Positions 32,627-43,333 are shown, counted from the first letter of the stretch. The stretch: DNA of 52,738 nt from an uncultured delta proteobacterium (GCA_963733195.1 CAVTCR010000083.1:1-52738); one strand, 5' to 3'. Made by a program: numbers and translations. The notes: generated by a model from the sequence alone, not told the origin.

Positions 32627-32741
32627 CAGTCTAGGAGTCTAAGGGTCTCGGAGTCATAGAGTCTACAAGTCAGGGAGTCTTTGGGTCTACCAGTCTGTTG
32701 GTCTTTGACTCTTAGACTCTCGGACTCCCCGACATAGAGAC
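32627..32741. repeat. Degenerate 8-mer tandem repeats in inverted arrangement (GAGTC / GACTC)
   Basis: agtctaggagtctaagggtctcggagtcatagagtc ... gactcttagactctcggactccccgac between gcvH and gcvPA. Confidence 0.7.
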
Positions 32742-32745
32742 GTTT

Positions 32746-33129
32746 TCACGCTTCTTCAACAAATTTTTGGTAGGTCGCGGCATCCATCAGTTCGTCTACT
32801 TCTTGCGGATTGCTCAATTGCACGCGAATCATCCAGGCTTTCCCATACGGATCGGCATTCACGACCTCGGGAGTATTCGGGAGGTCCACATTCACCTCTG
32901 TGACTGTGCCGCTCACAGGGGTGTAAATGTCAGACACCGCTTTTACTGATTCGACGACACCAAGGGTGTCATCTTTGGTCAACACTTTGCCAACTGCAGG
33001 TAACTCGACATACACGACATCACCTAGTTGCTCTTGCGCGTAGTCGGTAATGCCAATGGTCGCAACGTTACCTTCCACCGCGACCCACTCATGTTCCTGC
33101 GAGTATCGCAGCTCCTTCGGGAACTCCAT
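32746..33129 (-). CDS. gcvH: Glycine cleavage system H protein
   Basis: HEWV, GITDYAQEQLGDVVYV, lipoyl motif VESVKAVSD. Confidence 0.95.
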   Translation of the reverse strand: MEFPKELRYSQEHEWVAVEGNVATIGITDYAQEQLGDVVYVELPAVGKVLTKDDTLGVVESVKAVSDIYTPVSGTVTEVNVDLPNTPEVVNADPYGKAWMIRVQLSNPQEVDELMDAATYQKFVEEA

Positions 33130-33145
33130 AACCACCTCCGTCTAC

Positions 33146-34231
33146 TCATCCCTTGCGATAAAATGGTTTCTCCACTACGTGAGCATGTACGCGTCGGCCA
33201 CGGATCTCAACCGTTAATGGTGTACCAATCGCAGCACACGTAGGAGAAACGTAGCCGAGCGCGATCCCAAAGCCAAATGTAGGCGATTGAGTACCGCTCG
33301 TCACGATCCCTACCTTCTGCTCGTCGTGCCACAACGTGTAGCCATGTCGAGGAATGCCAGTTTCATCCATACTGAGACCAATAAACTGTTTGCTTATTCC
33401 TACCGTCTGCTGTTGCAAGAGCGCATCCCGCCCAAGAAACGAAGGTTTTTCAAACTTAACGAGTCGCTGTAACCCCGCTTCCAAAGGTGTCGTCTGCGCA
33501 TCGATGTCATTTCCATACAGCATATATGCAGCTTCGAGGCGCAACGTATCACGCGCGCCGAGACCGATCGGCAGCAGCCCGGAATCTCGGCCAGCGTCGA
33601 GGCACGAGTTCCATACGTTAACGGCCTGCGCTGCCGCCATAAATAGCTCGAACCCATCTTCGCCGGTGTATCCTGTCCGCGCGACAAGGGTGGGAACTCC
33701 AGCTACCTCTCCAGTTGTAAACCAGTAGCGTCGGACCTGCGCGAGATTAAGTGGGGTCAGACGTTGAACGATCGCGCTTGCCGTTGGTCCTTGAACGGCA
33801 ATAAGCGCGTACTCATCACTCCGGTCTATCATCGTGGCCTGCGCCTGATTGTGTTGTAGCATCCACTCGAAGTCTTTGCTGATGTTGGACGCGTTGACGC
33901 AGACGAAGTAGTTCTCCTCCGCCCTGCGGTAGATGATAATGTCGTCGACAATACCGCCGTTTGGATAACACATCACTGAATATTGCGCCTGGCCAAGCTG
34001 GATACGTGCTACATCGGTCACAACCAGGTCCTGAAGCACTTCCAGTGCCCCTGGACCACTTACCTCGATTTCCCCCATATGACTGAGGTCGAAGAGCCCA
34101 GCCTTCGTACGTACAGCATGATGTTCAGCAAGGATACCACTGTATTGTACGGGCATATCCCAACCACCGAACTCGATCAGTCGGGCACCCAAGGCCCGAT
34201 GGGTATCGTAGAGAGGAGTGCGTTTCGGCAT
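33146..34231 (-). CDS. gcvT: Aminomethyltransferase (GCV T protein)
   Basis: FGGWDMPVQY, FDLSHMGE, RTGYTGEDGFE, GLGARDTLRLEA. Confidence 0.95.
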   Translation of the reverse strand: MPKRTPLYDTHRALGARLIEFGGWDMPVQYSGILAEHHAVRTKAGLFDLSHMGEIEVSGPGALEVLQDLVVTDVARIQLGQAQYSVMCYPNGGIVDDIIIYRRAEENYFVCVNASNISKDFEWMLQHNQAQATMIDRSDEYALIAVQGPTASAIVQRLTPLNLAQVRRYWFTTGEVAGVPTLVARTGYTGEDGFELFMAAAQAVNVWNSCLDAGRDSGLLPIGLGARDTLRLEAAYMLYGNDIDAQTTPLEAGLQRLVKFEKPSFLGRDALLQQQTVGISKQFIGLSMDETGIPRHGYTLWHDEQKVGIVTSGTQSPTFGFGIALGYVSPTCAAIGTPLTVEIRGRRVHAHVVEKPFYRKG

Positions 34232-34313
34232 ATTTTAGCTCCGAGGTACGAGTAATGAGCGGAAAATTTGAACTCTTCGTTCCTAGTACTCATCACTCTT
34301 CACTTTTCACTCA

Positions 34314-35171
34314 TCACTCTTTCTTCGCTTGCCGCTCCGCCGCTTTCAACGTATTCGCCAATAACATCGCTACAGTCATCGGACCAACTCCCCCAGGTAC
34401 CGGAGTAATAAATGCAGCACGCTCTTTCGCCACAGCGAATTCAACATCACCTTTTAACTTATTGTTAGTCAACCGGGAGATCCCGACATCAATGACGACA
34501 GCCCCCAGTTTGATCCATTCGCCTTTAATCATCTCAGGTTGTCCAACCGCTGCAACAACCATATCCGCCGCTTGGATCTCACTCGCAAGATCGACCGTCT
34601 TCGAGTGACAACAGGTGACAGTTGCATGTTGTTCTAACAACATCAACGCTACTGGCTTGCCAACTAACATACTCCGACCAATCACCACGGCCTTTTTCCC
34701 GGCAACTGCCACACCAGTATGTTCAATGAGTCGCATCACACCAAGCGGAGTGCATGGGCGTAACGCCTCTTCACCTAGCAGCAATCGCCCTTGATTAAAA
34801 GGATGCAATCCATCCACGTCTTTTTCCGGTGACAACGCGAGAATCAACGTACGTTGATCCAAAGGTGCAGGTAGCGGGAGTTGCAACAAAATGCCATGCA
34901 CTTCGGTCCGTACATTCAGTTCTGCAATGAGCCCCAACACTTCTGCTCCTGAGGTTTCAGCCGCAAAACGATAGGGGAAAGATTGCATGCCGACTTCATG
35001 GCACGCCTTCTCCTTAGTGTTGACGTACACGCGCGAGGCAGGGTCATCACCAATCAGGATGGTTGCCAAGCCGGGAACATAACCATGCTGGGTACGAAAC
35101 CGGAACACCTGTTCTTTTGTCGAGAGGCGAATCTGCTGGGCTAATGCTTTACCATCAAGAATCGTTGCCAT
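34314..35171 (-). CDS. folD: Methylenetetrahydrofolate dehydrogenase/cyclohydrolase
   Basis: ILDGK, HGILLQLPLP, KDVDGLHP, PCTPLG, TPVPGGVGPMT. Confidence 0.95.
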   Translation of the reverse strand: MATILDGKALAQQIRLSTKEQVFRFRTQHGYVPGLATILIGDDPASRVYVNTKEKACHEVGMQSFPYRFAAETSGAEVLGLIAELNVRTEVHGILLQLPLPAPLDQRTLILALSPEKDVDGLHPFNQGRLLLGEEALRPCTPLGVMRLIEHTGVAVAGKKAVVIGRSMLVGKPVALMLLEQHATVTCCHSKTVDLASEIQAADMVVAAVGQPEMIKGEWIKLGAVVIDVGISRLTNNKLKGDVEFAVAKERAAFITPVPGGVGPMTVAMLLANTLKAAERQAKKE

Positions 35172-35231
35172 AATCTGTTCAGGATACGAGAATCGCTTCC
35201 GTGCTGTCAAAGGAAGCAATATAATGGCTGC

Positions 35232-36356
35232 ATGTTAATTGGAATCCCAAAAGAAATTAAGTCAGAAGAAACACGAGTCGCTATCACTCCGAGTGGCGTT
35301 GCCGGGTTGGTTGCTCACGGCCATTACGTGCTGATCGAACACAACGCGGGCAGCGGTAGCAGTATTCCTGATGATCTCTATCACGCAGCCGGAGCTAAGA
35401 TCCTGCCAACCGCGCGAGATGTATGGGAGCAGGCAGAGATGATCCTGAAAGTGAAAGAGCCGTTGCCTACGGAATATCCGCTGCTGCGACCAGGGCTCAC
35501 TGTCTTTACCTATCTCCATCTTGCCGCTGATGAAACACTCACGCGTATCCTTTTAGATAAACATGTGACCGCTTTGGCATATGAAACGATTCAACTCGAA
35601 GATGGTTCTCTGCCCTTGCTCGCACCGATGAGCGAAGTCGCCGGGCGGTTGGCGATCCAGGTTGGGGCGTGGGCGTTACAGGCACAAAATGGTGGTCGCG
35701 GAGTGTTGCTGAGTGGCGCCTCTGGTGTCAAACCGGCACGCGTAGTGATTTTGGGAGCCGGCATTGCTGGGACCAACTCTTGTCAAGTCGCGGTCGGGGT
35801 TGGAGCCAATGTGAGCATTCTCGACATCAATCCTGCCCGCTTGCGCTACGTCCACGATATTCTTGGCGGTCATGTCACCACAGTCATGTCCAATCGTGCC
35901 AACATCGAGGAAGAAGTCCTCTCTGCCGATCTGGTGATCAGTTCGATTCTTGTCCCTGGGGCACGGGCACCGAAACTGCTGACCCGTTCATTGTTCCGCA
36001 GCATGAAACCCGGAGCGGCCTTCGTCGATATCTCTATTGACCAAGGGGGCAGTGCAGAAACCTCGCACCCGACCGCCCATCACGCTCCCATCTATCAGGA
36101 CGAAGGAGTCGTCCACTACTGCGTAACCAACATGCCAGCGATCGTTCCGCACACTTCAACTTACGCGCTGACCAACGTCACGCTCTCGTACGCACTGGAA
36201 TTAGCTGATAAAGGACTAAAGGCGTTGCAGACAAATCCAGCTTTACGTCGGGGGTTAAACACTATTCAAGGACAAGTGGTTCATCCAGGTGTCGCCAACG
36301 CCTTTAATTTGCCGTGTGCGAAGGTGGAGGAGGTCTTGGCAACAACAGAGATGTAG
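35232..36356 (+). CDS. ald: Alanine dehydrogenase
   Basis: IGIPKEIK, KVKEP, LLAPMSEVAGR, IDQGG, HYCVTNMP. Confidence 0.93.
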   Translation: MLIGIPKEIKSEETRVAITPSGVAGLVAHGHYVLIEHNAGSGSSIPDDLYHAAGAKILPTARDVWEQAEMILKVKEPLPTEYPLLRPGLTVFTYLHLAADETLTRILLDKHVTALAYETIQLEDGSLPLLAPMSEVAGRLAIQVGAWALQAQNGGRGVLLSGASGVKPARVVILGAGIAGTNSCQVAVGVGANVSILDINPARLRYVHDILGGHVTTVMSNRANIEEEVLSADLVISSILVPGARAPKLLTRSLFRSMKPGAAFVDISIDQGGSAETSHPTAHHAPIYQDEGVVHYCVTNMPAIVPHTSTYALTNVTLSYALELADKGLKALQTNPALRRGLNTIQGQVVHPGVANAFNLPCAKVEEVLATTEM

Positions 36357-36436
36357 GTTGGGCAAAAGCGCAGCGTTGCCCAACAAGAAATGCCGTAGAA
36401 GAAGTTGGGCTTCGGCGTTCCTTCAGCCCAACCTAC
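36353..36436. repeat. Inverted GTAG REP doublet between convergent genes
   Basis: GTAGGTTGGGCAAAAGCGCAGCGTTGCCCAAC ... GTTGGGCTTCGGCGTTCCTTCAGCCCAACCTAC. Confidence 0.75.
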
Positions 36437-36448
36437 GAAACTCAAACT

Positions 36449-37327
36449 TCACACCTTCTGCGCCCGCTCAACAATCGGCCTAGTCCGCTGAATCCATTCT
36501 AACCCTTTGCCGTTGGCAATTTCCGTCGCCATCGGCTGTGAGAAAAGGACGACCCGCGTAGCTCCCACATCACGATACTGCTTCAATTTGTCTTCTGATA
36601 AGTTGCCATTCTCTGCGTCAACAAATGGTGAGATTTGCCAGCCATCAGAATTGCGGCCAGCCTCACGAGCCAACTTTCTTGCTGGGTCAACGTAGACATT
36701 TTTGAGCGTCTCCGGACTATCTACCAACGGACACAATCCATCGCCAAAGCGGGCAATACGCTCAGCAGCTTTAGGACCGTGCGCACCCAGCAAGATTGGC
36801 GGCCCGGATTTTTGCACCGGTTTAGGCTCGCAGTGCACCGCCGGAAAACGCACCAGTTCGCCTTCATACTTCGGTTCAGCTTGGGTCCAACACACTCGCA
36901 TCGCTTCGACAGTTTCACGCAGTCGTTTCCAGCGCACTCGGAAACTGGTACCCATCACTTCGGTTTCTTCCTTCAGCCATCCCGCACCAATGCCAAGCAG
37001 CGTCCGTCCGCCAGAGTAACAATCCAAACTGGCAATCAACTTCGCCGTTATTAACGGCTCACGCTCGGGTAGTAAACAAATACCAGTAGCGAGTTTGATT
37101 TTCTTCGTTGCCGTTGCCGCGACGGTCAGGGCGATAAACGGATCATGCCAGCGATTATAATGCTCAGGAAGTTGTCCACCCCCAGGAACTTGGGTTTTGT
37201 AGCCGAACGGAATCACAGGATGTTCAGGAATCCAAATGGAATCAAACCCTGCGGTCTCAACCTGACGAGCAATTTCTGCGAGGTTTCCTGTCGTCGCTGT
37301 CGCAGGAACTAAAATACCAACATTCAT
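36449..37327 (-). CDS. LLM-class (putatively F420-dependent) oxidoreductase
   Basis: GFDSIWIPEHPVIP, DPFIAL, SGGRTLLGIGAGWLKEE, PKPVQ. Confidence 0.88.
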   Translation of the reverse strand: MNVGILVPATATTGNLAEIARQVETAGFDSIWIPEHPVIPFGYKTQVPGGGQLPEHYNRWHDPFIALTVAATATKKIKLATGICLLPEREPLITAKLIASLDCYSGGRTLLGIGAGWLKEETEVMGTSFRVRWKRLRETVEAMRVCWTQAEPKYEGELVRFPAVHCEPKPVQKSGPPILLGAHGPKAAERIARFGDGLCPLVDSPETLKNVYVDPARKLAREAGRNSDGWQISPFVDAENGNLSEDKLKQYRDVGATRVVLFSQPMATEIANGKGLEWIQRTRPIVERAQKV

Positions 37328-37439
37328 ACGTTGTCCTCCTTTAGAGAAATACATTCTCGTCTTAATGCAAACGACCGGCTGCGGCAAGCAAAGCGGTGTT
37401 TCATTGACAGACATACTCGACGAACGATACTTTCAGCAC

Positions 37440-38735
37440 ATGCCGACATTAACCAAGCCAGAAACTGCACCTGTAGACCGACAACTGCCCTACGCACTTC
37501 GTGCACTGCAACATCGCAATTTCTGTTTGTTCTTCGCTGGTCAATTGGTCTCCCGCACGGGCTACTGGATGCAAGGCATGGCACAAGCATGGTTAGTCTA
37601 TCGTTTGTCACACTCCTCGTTCATGCTCGGCTTCGTCGCGTTTGCTGGGCAGATTCCCGCCGTTGTGCTCGGCCCTTTTGGTGGTGTCGTCGCCGACCGC
37701 TTTAGTCGCTACAAAATCTGCTTCTACACCCAGATACTCTTCATGGCACAAGCCTTCATCCTTGGCGCATTAACGACAAGCGGCTTGATTACCGTATGGC
37801 AAGTGCTCTTCCTGGCCTTCATCGCTGGAACGTTACAGACATTTGAGATGCCTGCACGCCAAGCCTTTCTCCAAGAGATCGTCGGCAAGGAAGATTTGAC
37901 CAGTGCGATTGCTCTCAACTCAGCATTGGTAAACGCCGCCCGTATCGTCGGCCCTGCCCTTGCCGGTCTTTTGGTTGCTCAGTTTGATGAGGGTGTATGC
38001 TTCACAGTAAATGGCATCTGTTATCTCGCCATCATTGGCGGGTTCATGGCGATGCGGGTGCCGCCAAGTGCACCTCACGCATCAAGTGCCTCAGTTTCAA
38101 GCTTCATTCGCGAGGGCATGGCGTACGCTTTCCACACGCCAGCGATTCGCCTCCTTTTAGTGCTCATCGGTTTAATCAGCTTGTTAAGTACGCCGTATAG
38201 CGTCTTGATGCCGATTTTCGCTAAAGACGTTTTGCATGGAGGTCCAGACGCAATGGGCCTCCTGTTAGGAGCTGCGGGCGCGGGTGCGATCGTTGGGGTT
38301 ATATTTCTCGCGCGACAACGCGGTACCGAGGATATGGGACGTTTCATCACCTTCGCACTGATTCGGTTTGGCATTGGCATGATTTTGTTTTCGATGTCAC
38401 GTAACTTCTGGCTTTCCATGCTGTTGTTGCCGCTGATTGGCTCAGGATTCATGGTGCCAATGGCAGCAGCAAACACGTTGTTACAAACATTGACGCCAGA
38501 TCGGCTGCGTGGACGAGTAATGAGTTTGTTTCTAATGATGTTTATGGGGACACCGCCATTGGGGAGTTTGCTTGCCGGTTCGCTCACCCCGCATATCGGT
38601 GCGCCGTTAACCGTCGGTCTGACTGGGGTCGGTTGTCTTTTTGCCGCGCTATGGTTTTGGTTGCGTGCGCCAGTGTTGCAGCAGGCTGCGAAGAAACCGA
38701 GAGCGGACACGACATGGCAACAGCGAAACCGGTAG
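37440..38735 (+). CDS. MFS transporter (MFS_3-like)
   Basis: ALQHRNF.LFF.GQ, GGVVADRF, PARQAF, LRGRVMS; many hydrophobic segments. Confidence 0.9.
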   Translation: MPTLTKPETAPVDRQLPYALRALQHRNFCLFFAGQLVSRTGYWMQGMAQAWLVYRLSHSSFMLGFVAFAGQIPAVVLGPFGGVVADRFSRYKICFYTQILFMAQAFILGALTTSGLITVWQVLFLAFIAGTLQTFEMPARQAFLQEIVGKEDLTSAIALNSALVNAARIVGPALAGLLVAQFDEGVCFTVNGICYLAIIGGFMAMRVPPSAPHASSASVSSFIREGMAYAFHTPAIRLLLVLIGLISLLSTPYSVLMPIFAKDVLHGGPDAMGLLLGAAGAGAIVGVIFLARQRGTEDMGRFITFALIRFGIGMILFSMSRNFWLSMLLLPLIGSGFMVPMAAANTLLQTLTPDRLRGRVMSLFLMMFMGTPPLGSLLAGSLTPHIGAPLTVGLTGVGCLFAALWFWLRAPVLQQAAKKPRADTTWQQRNR

Positions 38736-38745
38736 AGAACGAGTC

Positions 38746-39940
38746 ATGAGTACCCTCCATGAAGATTTTCGCCGTTTCGTCTGTCAGACCTCACCCGAGC
38801 CAATGGGAATTGAGGTCGAGCGCGCACACGGCTGCGTGATCGTCGATAAAAATGGCAAGGAATATCTCGACTTTCTTTCCGGTATCGGCGTTGCCAGCAT
38901 CGGGCATACGCATCCCGCAGTCGTGAATGCGGTCAAAGATCAGGCAGAGCGATATCTCCACGCGATGGTCTACGGTGAGTACGTCCAAGAGCCACAAGTA
39001 CAACTCGCTCGAGCGACTGGCTGAAGTCGCGCCGTCACCACTGTCAGTGACATACTTCACGAACAGTGGCACCGAAGCAATCGAAGGCGCACTGAAAACC
39101 GCTCGCAAATATACTGGTCGCTCAGGATTCGTGAGTTTCTTTGGCAGTTTTCACGGCGATACGTTTGGCTCGTTGTCCGTTGGTGGTAATCCGCTCTATC
39201 GTGATCCGTTTGAACCACTCTTACCAGGAGTGACGTTTCTGCCGTTTAATGCGAAAGCTGCGCTAGCAAAAATTGATAGCACTATTGCTGCAGTCATTAT
39301 CGAGCCGATTCAAGGTGAAGGTGGCGTACGTATTCCTGACGACGACTTTCTCTCTGCACTTCGTCATCGTTGTAATGAAGTCGGCGCGCTCTTGATCTTC
39401 GACGAAGTCATTACTGGCTTTGGTCGAACAGGAAAAATGTTTGCGTCAGAGCATTGGCAGGTGACGCCAGATATTATGGTCCTTGCCAAAGCACTTGGTG
39501 GAGGCATGCCTCTCGGAGCCTTCATCAGTACACCGCAGATTATGGCCACGCTTTCCACTGATCCACCATTAGCACATGTCACAACTTTTGGCGGCCATCC
39601 AGTATGCTGCGCGGCTGGGTTGGCGTCGCTGAACTTCATGCTGGAGGCCAACCTTCCGCAACGTGCGCAGGAAAAAGGTGAAGAACTTATCATCCAACTC
39701 CAATCTCTTGTTGGTCACGGTGATTTCACTAACGTTCGTGGTCGCGGGTTATTGATTGGGATGGATTTCGCTACTCCCGAAGCGACTAAACACTTTGTGC
39801 AAAATTGTTTTACTGCTGGCCTCATCCTAGGTTGGACATTGCATCGAGATACGGTCGTGCGGCTCGCTCCACCTCTCATCATTTCTTCAGCCGAGATTGA
39901 TCGAGCGGTCACCATCATGCACGATGCTCTTCATCAGTAG
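38746..39940 (+). CDS. Class III PLP aminotransferase (ArgD-like); frameshift near 39010
   Basis: GKEYLDFLSGIGV, NSGTEAIE, EPIQGEGG, FDEVITGFGRTG, AKALGGG. Confidence 0.9.
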
Positions 39941-39956
39941 TGATAAGGAGATATTC

Positions 39957-40580
39957 ATGGCAGAAAACAACGCTACGCCGTTGACTCCAGAAGTGTTTTT
40001 CACAGAGAAGATCGCCCCACAGTTCCGTCGTCGCATTGACGATTTACAGCGACAAATCCTGACGTTGCAACAACAGATCCAGGAGCGATCGTCGGCAAAA
40101 GGGACGGTTCGCATTGTCGTCGAAGGTGACGGTGGCGGCACGTGGCATTTGAATGTTAGGAACGGCGAGATGAAAGCAGAAAAAGAGGCGGCATTCCCGC
40201 CGGTGATGACGGTCTATCAGTCACGAGCATACTTTGACTGGGCAGCCTCCCTAGCGACCGATTCTGGACTGTTCGGCCCTGGTGGACGCAACAATCAAGG
40301 CGAGCTCACCAAATCTCGCTTTGAGCGTTTACAGAAACTCAAAGGCCTTTTGCAATTCATGTTCACCAACTTACCCGATGGCAGTGAGCAGGGGTTCCAG
40401 ATTCACTTTGGTGATGAAGAGCGACCAGACAAGCCACAAACCGTGATGTCGATGAAAGCTGAAGACGCGCAAAAGATGGCCCGTGGCGAAATCAACCCAC
40501 AAATGGCGTTCATGGGTGGGATTATTAAAGTCACGGGTGATATGGCACTCGCTATGCAGTTTGGTGCGGCGATGATGTGA
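39957..40580 (+). CDS. SCP2 sterol-binding domain protein
   Basis: GEINPQMAFMGGIIKVTGDMALAMQF; RBS aaggag. Confidence 0.85.
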   Translation: MAENNATPLTPEVFFTEKIAPQFRRRIDDLQRQILTLQQQIQERSSAKGTVRIVVEGDGGGTWHLNVRNGEMKAEKEAAFPPVMTVYQSRAYFDWAASLATDSGLFGPGGRNNQGELTKSRFERLQKLKGLLQFMFTNLPDGSEQGFQIHFGDEERPDKPQTVMSMKAEDAQKMARGEINPQMAFMGGIIKVTGDMALAMQFGAAMM

Positions 40581-40719
40581 TCTTCTAAAAAAGATGGGGA
40601 GTTGTGCAGGGACAAGAACAAAGTTTTTTTCTTCTTGTCCCGCACTGTGATTTCAGGAATATAATCACAAACTGTCTGTCAAAACAGTTGTCAAACGCAG
40701 CTGCACCGAAGCACGCGAC

Positions 40720-41100
40720 TCAATCGCGTTGGGGGAGAATCTTTACGTTGACGCTCCAGTCGCAGGGTTCCAAAGAGGCACATGCCTTTTCGGTGCCGAG
40801 ATACAAGTGACACCGACCGAAGTCGTCAGCGCCATAGCAGAACGTTGGGTCCTGCAGCGGAACAAACTGGGCTGTCTTCTCCCAGTTGCACGGTTCGAGG
40901 TGTTGGCATGACTCTGCAGTCCCCGCGAACAGGCGACATTCGCCGAAGTCGTCAGCTCCGTAGCAAAAGACCGGCTCCTGAAACTTCGGAACAGACAGAC
41001 CGACATTAGCGGTCTGGGCGCTCACGCTGCTACCGCCCAGCGTCAGACCGAGCATGAGGGCCGCTCCCGTCAATATAGTTGCATATCTGATAGATGCCAT
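40720..41100 (-). CDS. Secreted protein with two tandem 4-Cys repeats
   Basis: RBS ggagga; signal peptide ending ..VSA; repeat FCYGADDFG.C.L..GT...C..LEPC.W occurs twice. Confidence 0.8.
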   Translation of the reverse strand: MASIRYATILTGAALMLGLTLGGSSVSAQTANVGLSVPKFQEPVFCYGADDFGECRLFAGTAESCQHLEPCNWEKTAQFVPLQDPTFCYGADDFGRCHLYLGTEKACASLEPCDWSVNVKILPQRD

Positions 41101-41436
41101 GATTATTCCTCCATTCTCTCGAAAAATTTCGTTATACGAAGTTAATGCCATTGGCCACTCCTCGCAGTGTCGAGACAAAACCGGAGCGCGGTTCCGTGCT
41201 CTCCTCGCGCGAGTTGCTGGCTGCTTCTCACTCTTTCGGGGTGTTCGGTTATGTCATGCGTCGCCCCACCTTTCTGCGGGCGTTTGATAAGGCCCGCGGG
41301 AATCATGAAATCTGCTGACAGCAATAGAGGCATGAAAAATACGGGCGCTTGGTGCCTTTGTGGCGGTCTGAGGTTACTTCGCCACCCAGGCGTCGTCGAA
41401 GGCGCTCCGGAGAGCGCTACATTTTATGGATTTCGG

Positions 41437-41512
41437 CAGTCGTTATTTATACAATCCATCCCGCAAAATCCTTCGGCCCTACAAGAGTTTGCTCAGGCTG
41501 CGTAATCTCAGA
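41437..41512. repeat. 76-bp direct repeat, copy 1
   Basis: 71/76 identical to 43334-43409. Confidence 0.9.
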
Positions 41513-41703
41513 GTATTTCATCTGTGACTATAACCTCACCAGATGTGCAGCATTACCAGGATAGCACTATCGTACTGACGGACAAGCCGCCCGTAGCACA
41601 CAAGCAGAGAGTGATTTTATGATATTCACATCTTGCCGTAGTGTTTCCATCGGTTTTCGTCCCAGGTATTTCTTGCTTCAGCACGAAACGTTTATGCACA
41701 ACA

Positions 41704-42417
41704 CTAATTGGCGTACATATTCCCAAGGACCTGCTCTTGCGCCTCACTGCGAAGCTCACTTAACGACTGACCCTGTTGAGTGAAATAGACTCTCACCCGA
41801 CCGTCAGGTTCGTTGAGAGTAAAACCTGAATCGATGAACGGTGATGCTCCCATCAACTGCGAAATATCTGGCCGGTCACCGTTGTCAGAGGCAAAACTGG
41901 CGCGACAAAACCGCTCGCCACACTGCATATCCGTGAGAGTGATCCCAGGCACTTGCGCGAGGCTCGCTCCCATTTGCTCTACGGTCGACCTCGTCGCGTC
42001 GCGGTCGAACTCCCCTGTGACCAACGCCGTGTCTAGCCACTGACCAAAGTCGTCTTCTAAAAGTCTTTTCGCTTTTGTTTTGTCGATGTCTTTGTTCGCC
42101 TCGGACTCGTCTGGTTCTGAGGCGGTTTGGTCCTGAGCGTGCTTGCTAGCGAGAGCTTCCATGTTGCGGAGTTTAGCCTCAAGGCTGGTGATCTTCTCAT
42201 TCATAAGTGCGAGTTGCCGTTGCTCTTGGGGCGTGGGTTGGGTGTGGCTCTCCTCGCGAATCGGTGTATTTTTCTCATTCGAGCGAGAAGTCGAGCTGAG
42301 GGCCGGGGTCACCGTTTCTCCCTGGCTGGGCAAAGGGGGGTCTGGCAAAAAGTAATAGGCTGCGCCTAGGCTTGCGATTGCGATCGCGGTTACGGCCAAA
42401 ACGAGGTTGGTTCGCAT
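41704..42417 (-). CDS. Membrane-anchored exported protein with coiled coil and C-terminal CxxxxC domain
   Basis: N-terminal TM (LVLAVTAIAIASLGAAYYFL), low-complexity linker, DMQCGERFCRASF. Confidence 0.8.
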   Translation of the reverse strand: MRTNLVLAVTAIAIASLGAAYYFLPDPPLPSQGETVTPALSSTSRSNEKNTPIREESHTQPTPQEQRQLALMNEKITSLEAKLRNMEALASKHAQDQTASEPDESEANKDIDKTKAKRLLEDDFGQWLDTALVTGEFDRDATRSTVEQMGASLAQVPGITLTDMQCGERFCRASFASDNGDRPDISQLMGASPFIDSGFTLNEPDGRVRVYFTQQGQSLSELRSEAQEQVLGNMYAN

Positions 42418-42507
42418 ACAGAATCTCCAGTAGTGAATGGTCGACGACGTGCTAACTGAGTAAGAGAAATCCCGCACTGTGGAAAAAGGACTTTGCCTCG
42501 AGCGTCC

Positions 42508-42560
42508 CGGTAAAGATCGAGCGACCGATCCTTACCGGACTTCACCCGTCACCGGGTGAA
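42508..42560 (-). terminator. Two adjacent hairpins between the secreted-protein gene and its downstream partner
   Basis: ccggtaaagatcg...cgatccttaccgg and ttcacccg-tcac-cgggtgaa; no clear U-tract. Confidence 0.4.
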
Positions 42561-42572
42561 TAGCACCGCTCG

Positions 42573-42905
42573 TTAGTTGTTGTAGCAGTAGGCAGAGCAC
42601 ACAACATCGGCGTTGGTCGGTTCTTGGGTGCTTGCACCTATGATTGCTTCAAGCGTCCAGACAAGAGAGCCTCGCGTTATCCGACACGTAGTCCGCTCGC
42701 CGTTTGTGTCGATTTCCTCCATGGCGACCTGACTGAGGTAACAGAAATGCGTATTGCTAGTCGCCATGTTGACGAAAAACGCTCCCGGGACATTGGACCG
42801 GACCAGCGTCCAATTGGTATGAGGGCTGACGGCCCAGGCCGGAACAGAACCCAAAGTCAAAAACAGAGAAAACAGCAGTGTAAACATTCTACGTTTCGTG
42901 TTCAT
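42573..42905 (-). CDS. Small secreted protein with 4 Cys
   Basis: RBS aggaga; signal peptide ending ..PAWA; HFCYLS...C.I....WTL...VVCSAYCY. Confidence 0.8.
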   Translation of the reverse strand: MNTKRRMFTLLFSLFLTLGSVPAWAVSPHTNWTLVRSNVPGAFFVNMATSNTHFCYLSQVAMEEIDTNGERTTCRITRGSLVWTLEAIIGASTQEPTNADVVCSAYCYNN

Positions 42906-43333
42906 GTGAATTTCTCCTATAAATAGTGTGTACTGGTCGTGAATGCCCTTAACGAATGAGTCAACCGAGCGTTTTGCTGGGGGGCCATCTTTGTCCAAAT
43001 GTCCTTCTCATTATTTTTCTCCTTTGCCCGTGAGGTTGTTGAATAACCGAAGCGTCACGGGCTTATTTGATCCTTACTGCTGTAATTATTTCTCTCGCAA
43101 ACTATGGCCTCCTTTTGCCAGGTTTTTCTGATCATGTAGTGTCTTGAATTGTTGTACACGGAACCGACAGTGAGAAGGCTGTTCTCTACGAGATGATCTC
43201 TCAAAATGTGACAATGGCGGAAAGAGGAAACGGGCATGCCTATGAAGAATACCCGAGATGACGAGGGTTGTATGCGCTCGTGTTAACGTAACAAACGGCC
43301 TTTGCGCACGGGCAAACGATCTACGCGTTCCGC

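Noticed and set aside
32627-32741. CRISPR array (also considered at 14113 and 21647)
   Set aside because: The units are 7-11 bp with no unique spacers, and no cas genes are present.
40720-41100. Multi-core RiPP precursor
   Set aside because: It has a Sec-type signal peptide and an even Cys count per repeat, and no modifying enzyme or peptidase-transporter lies nearby.
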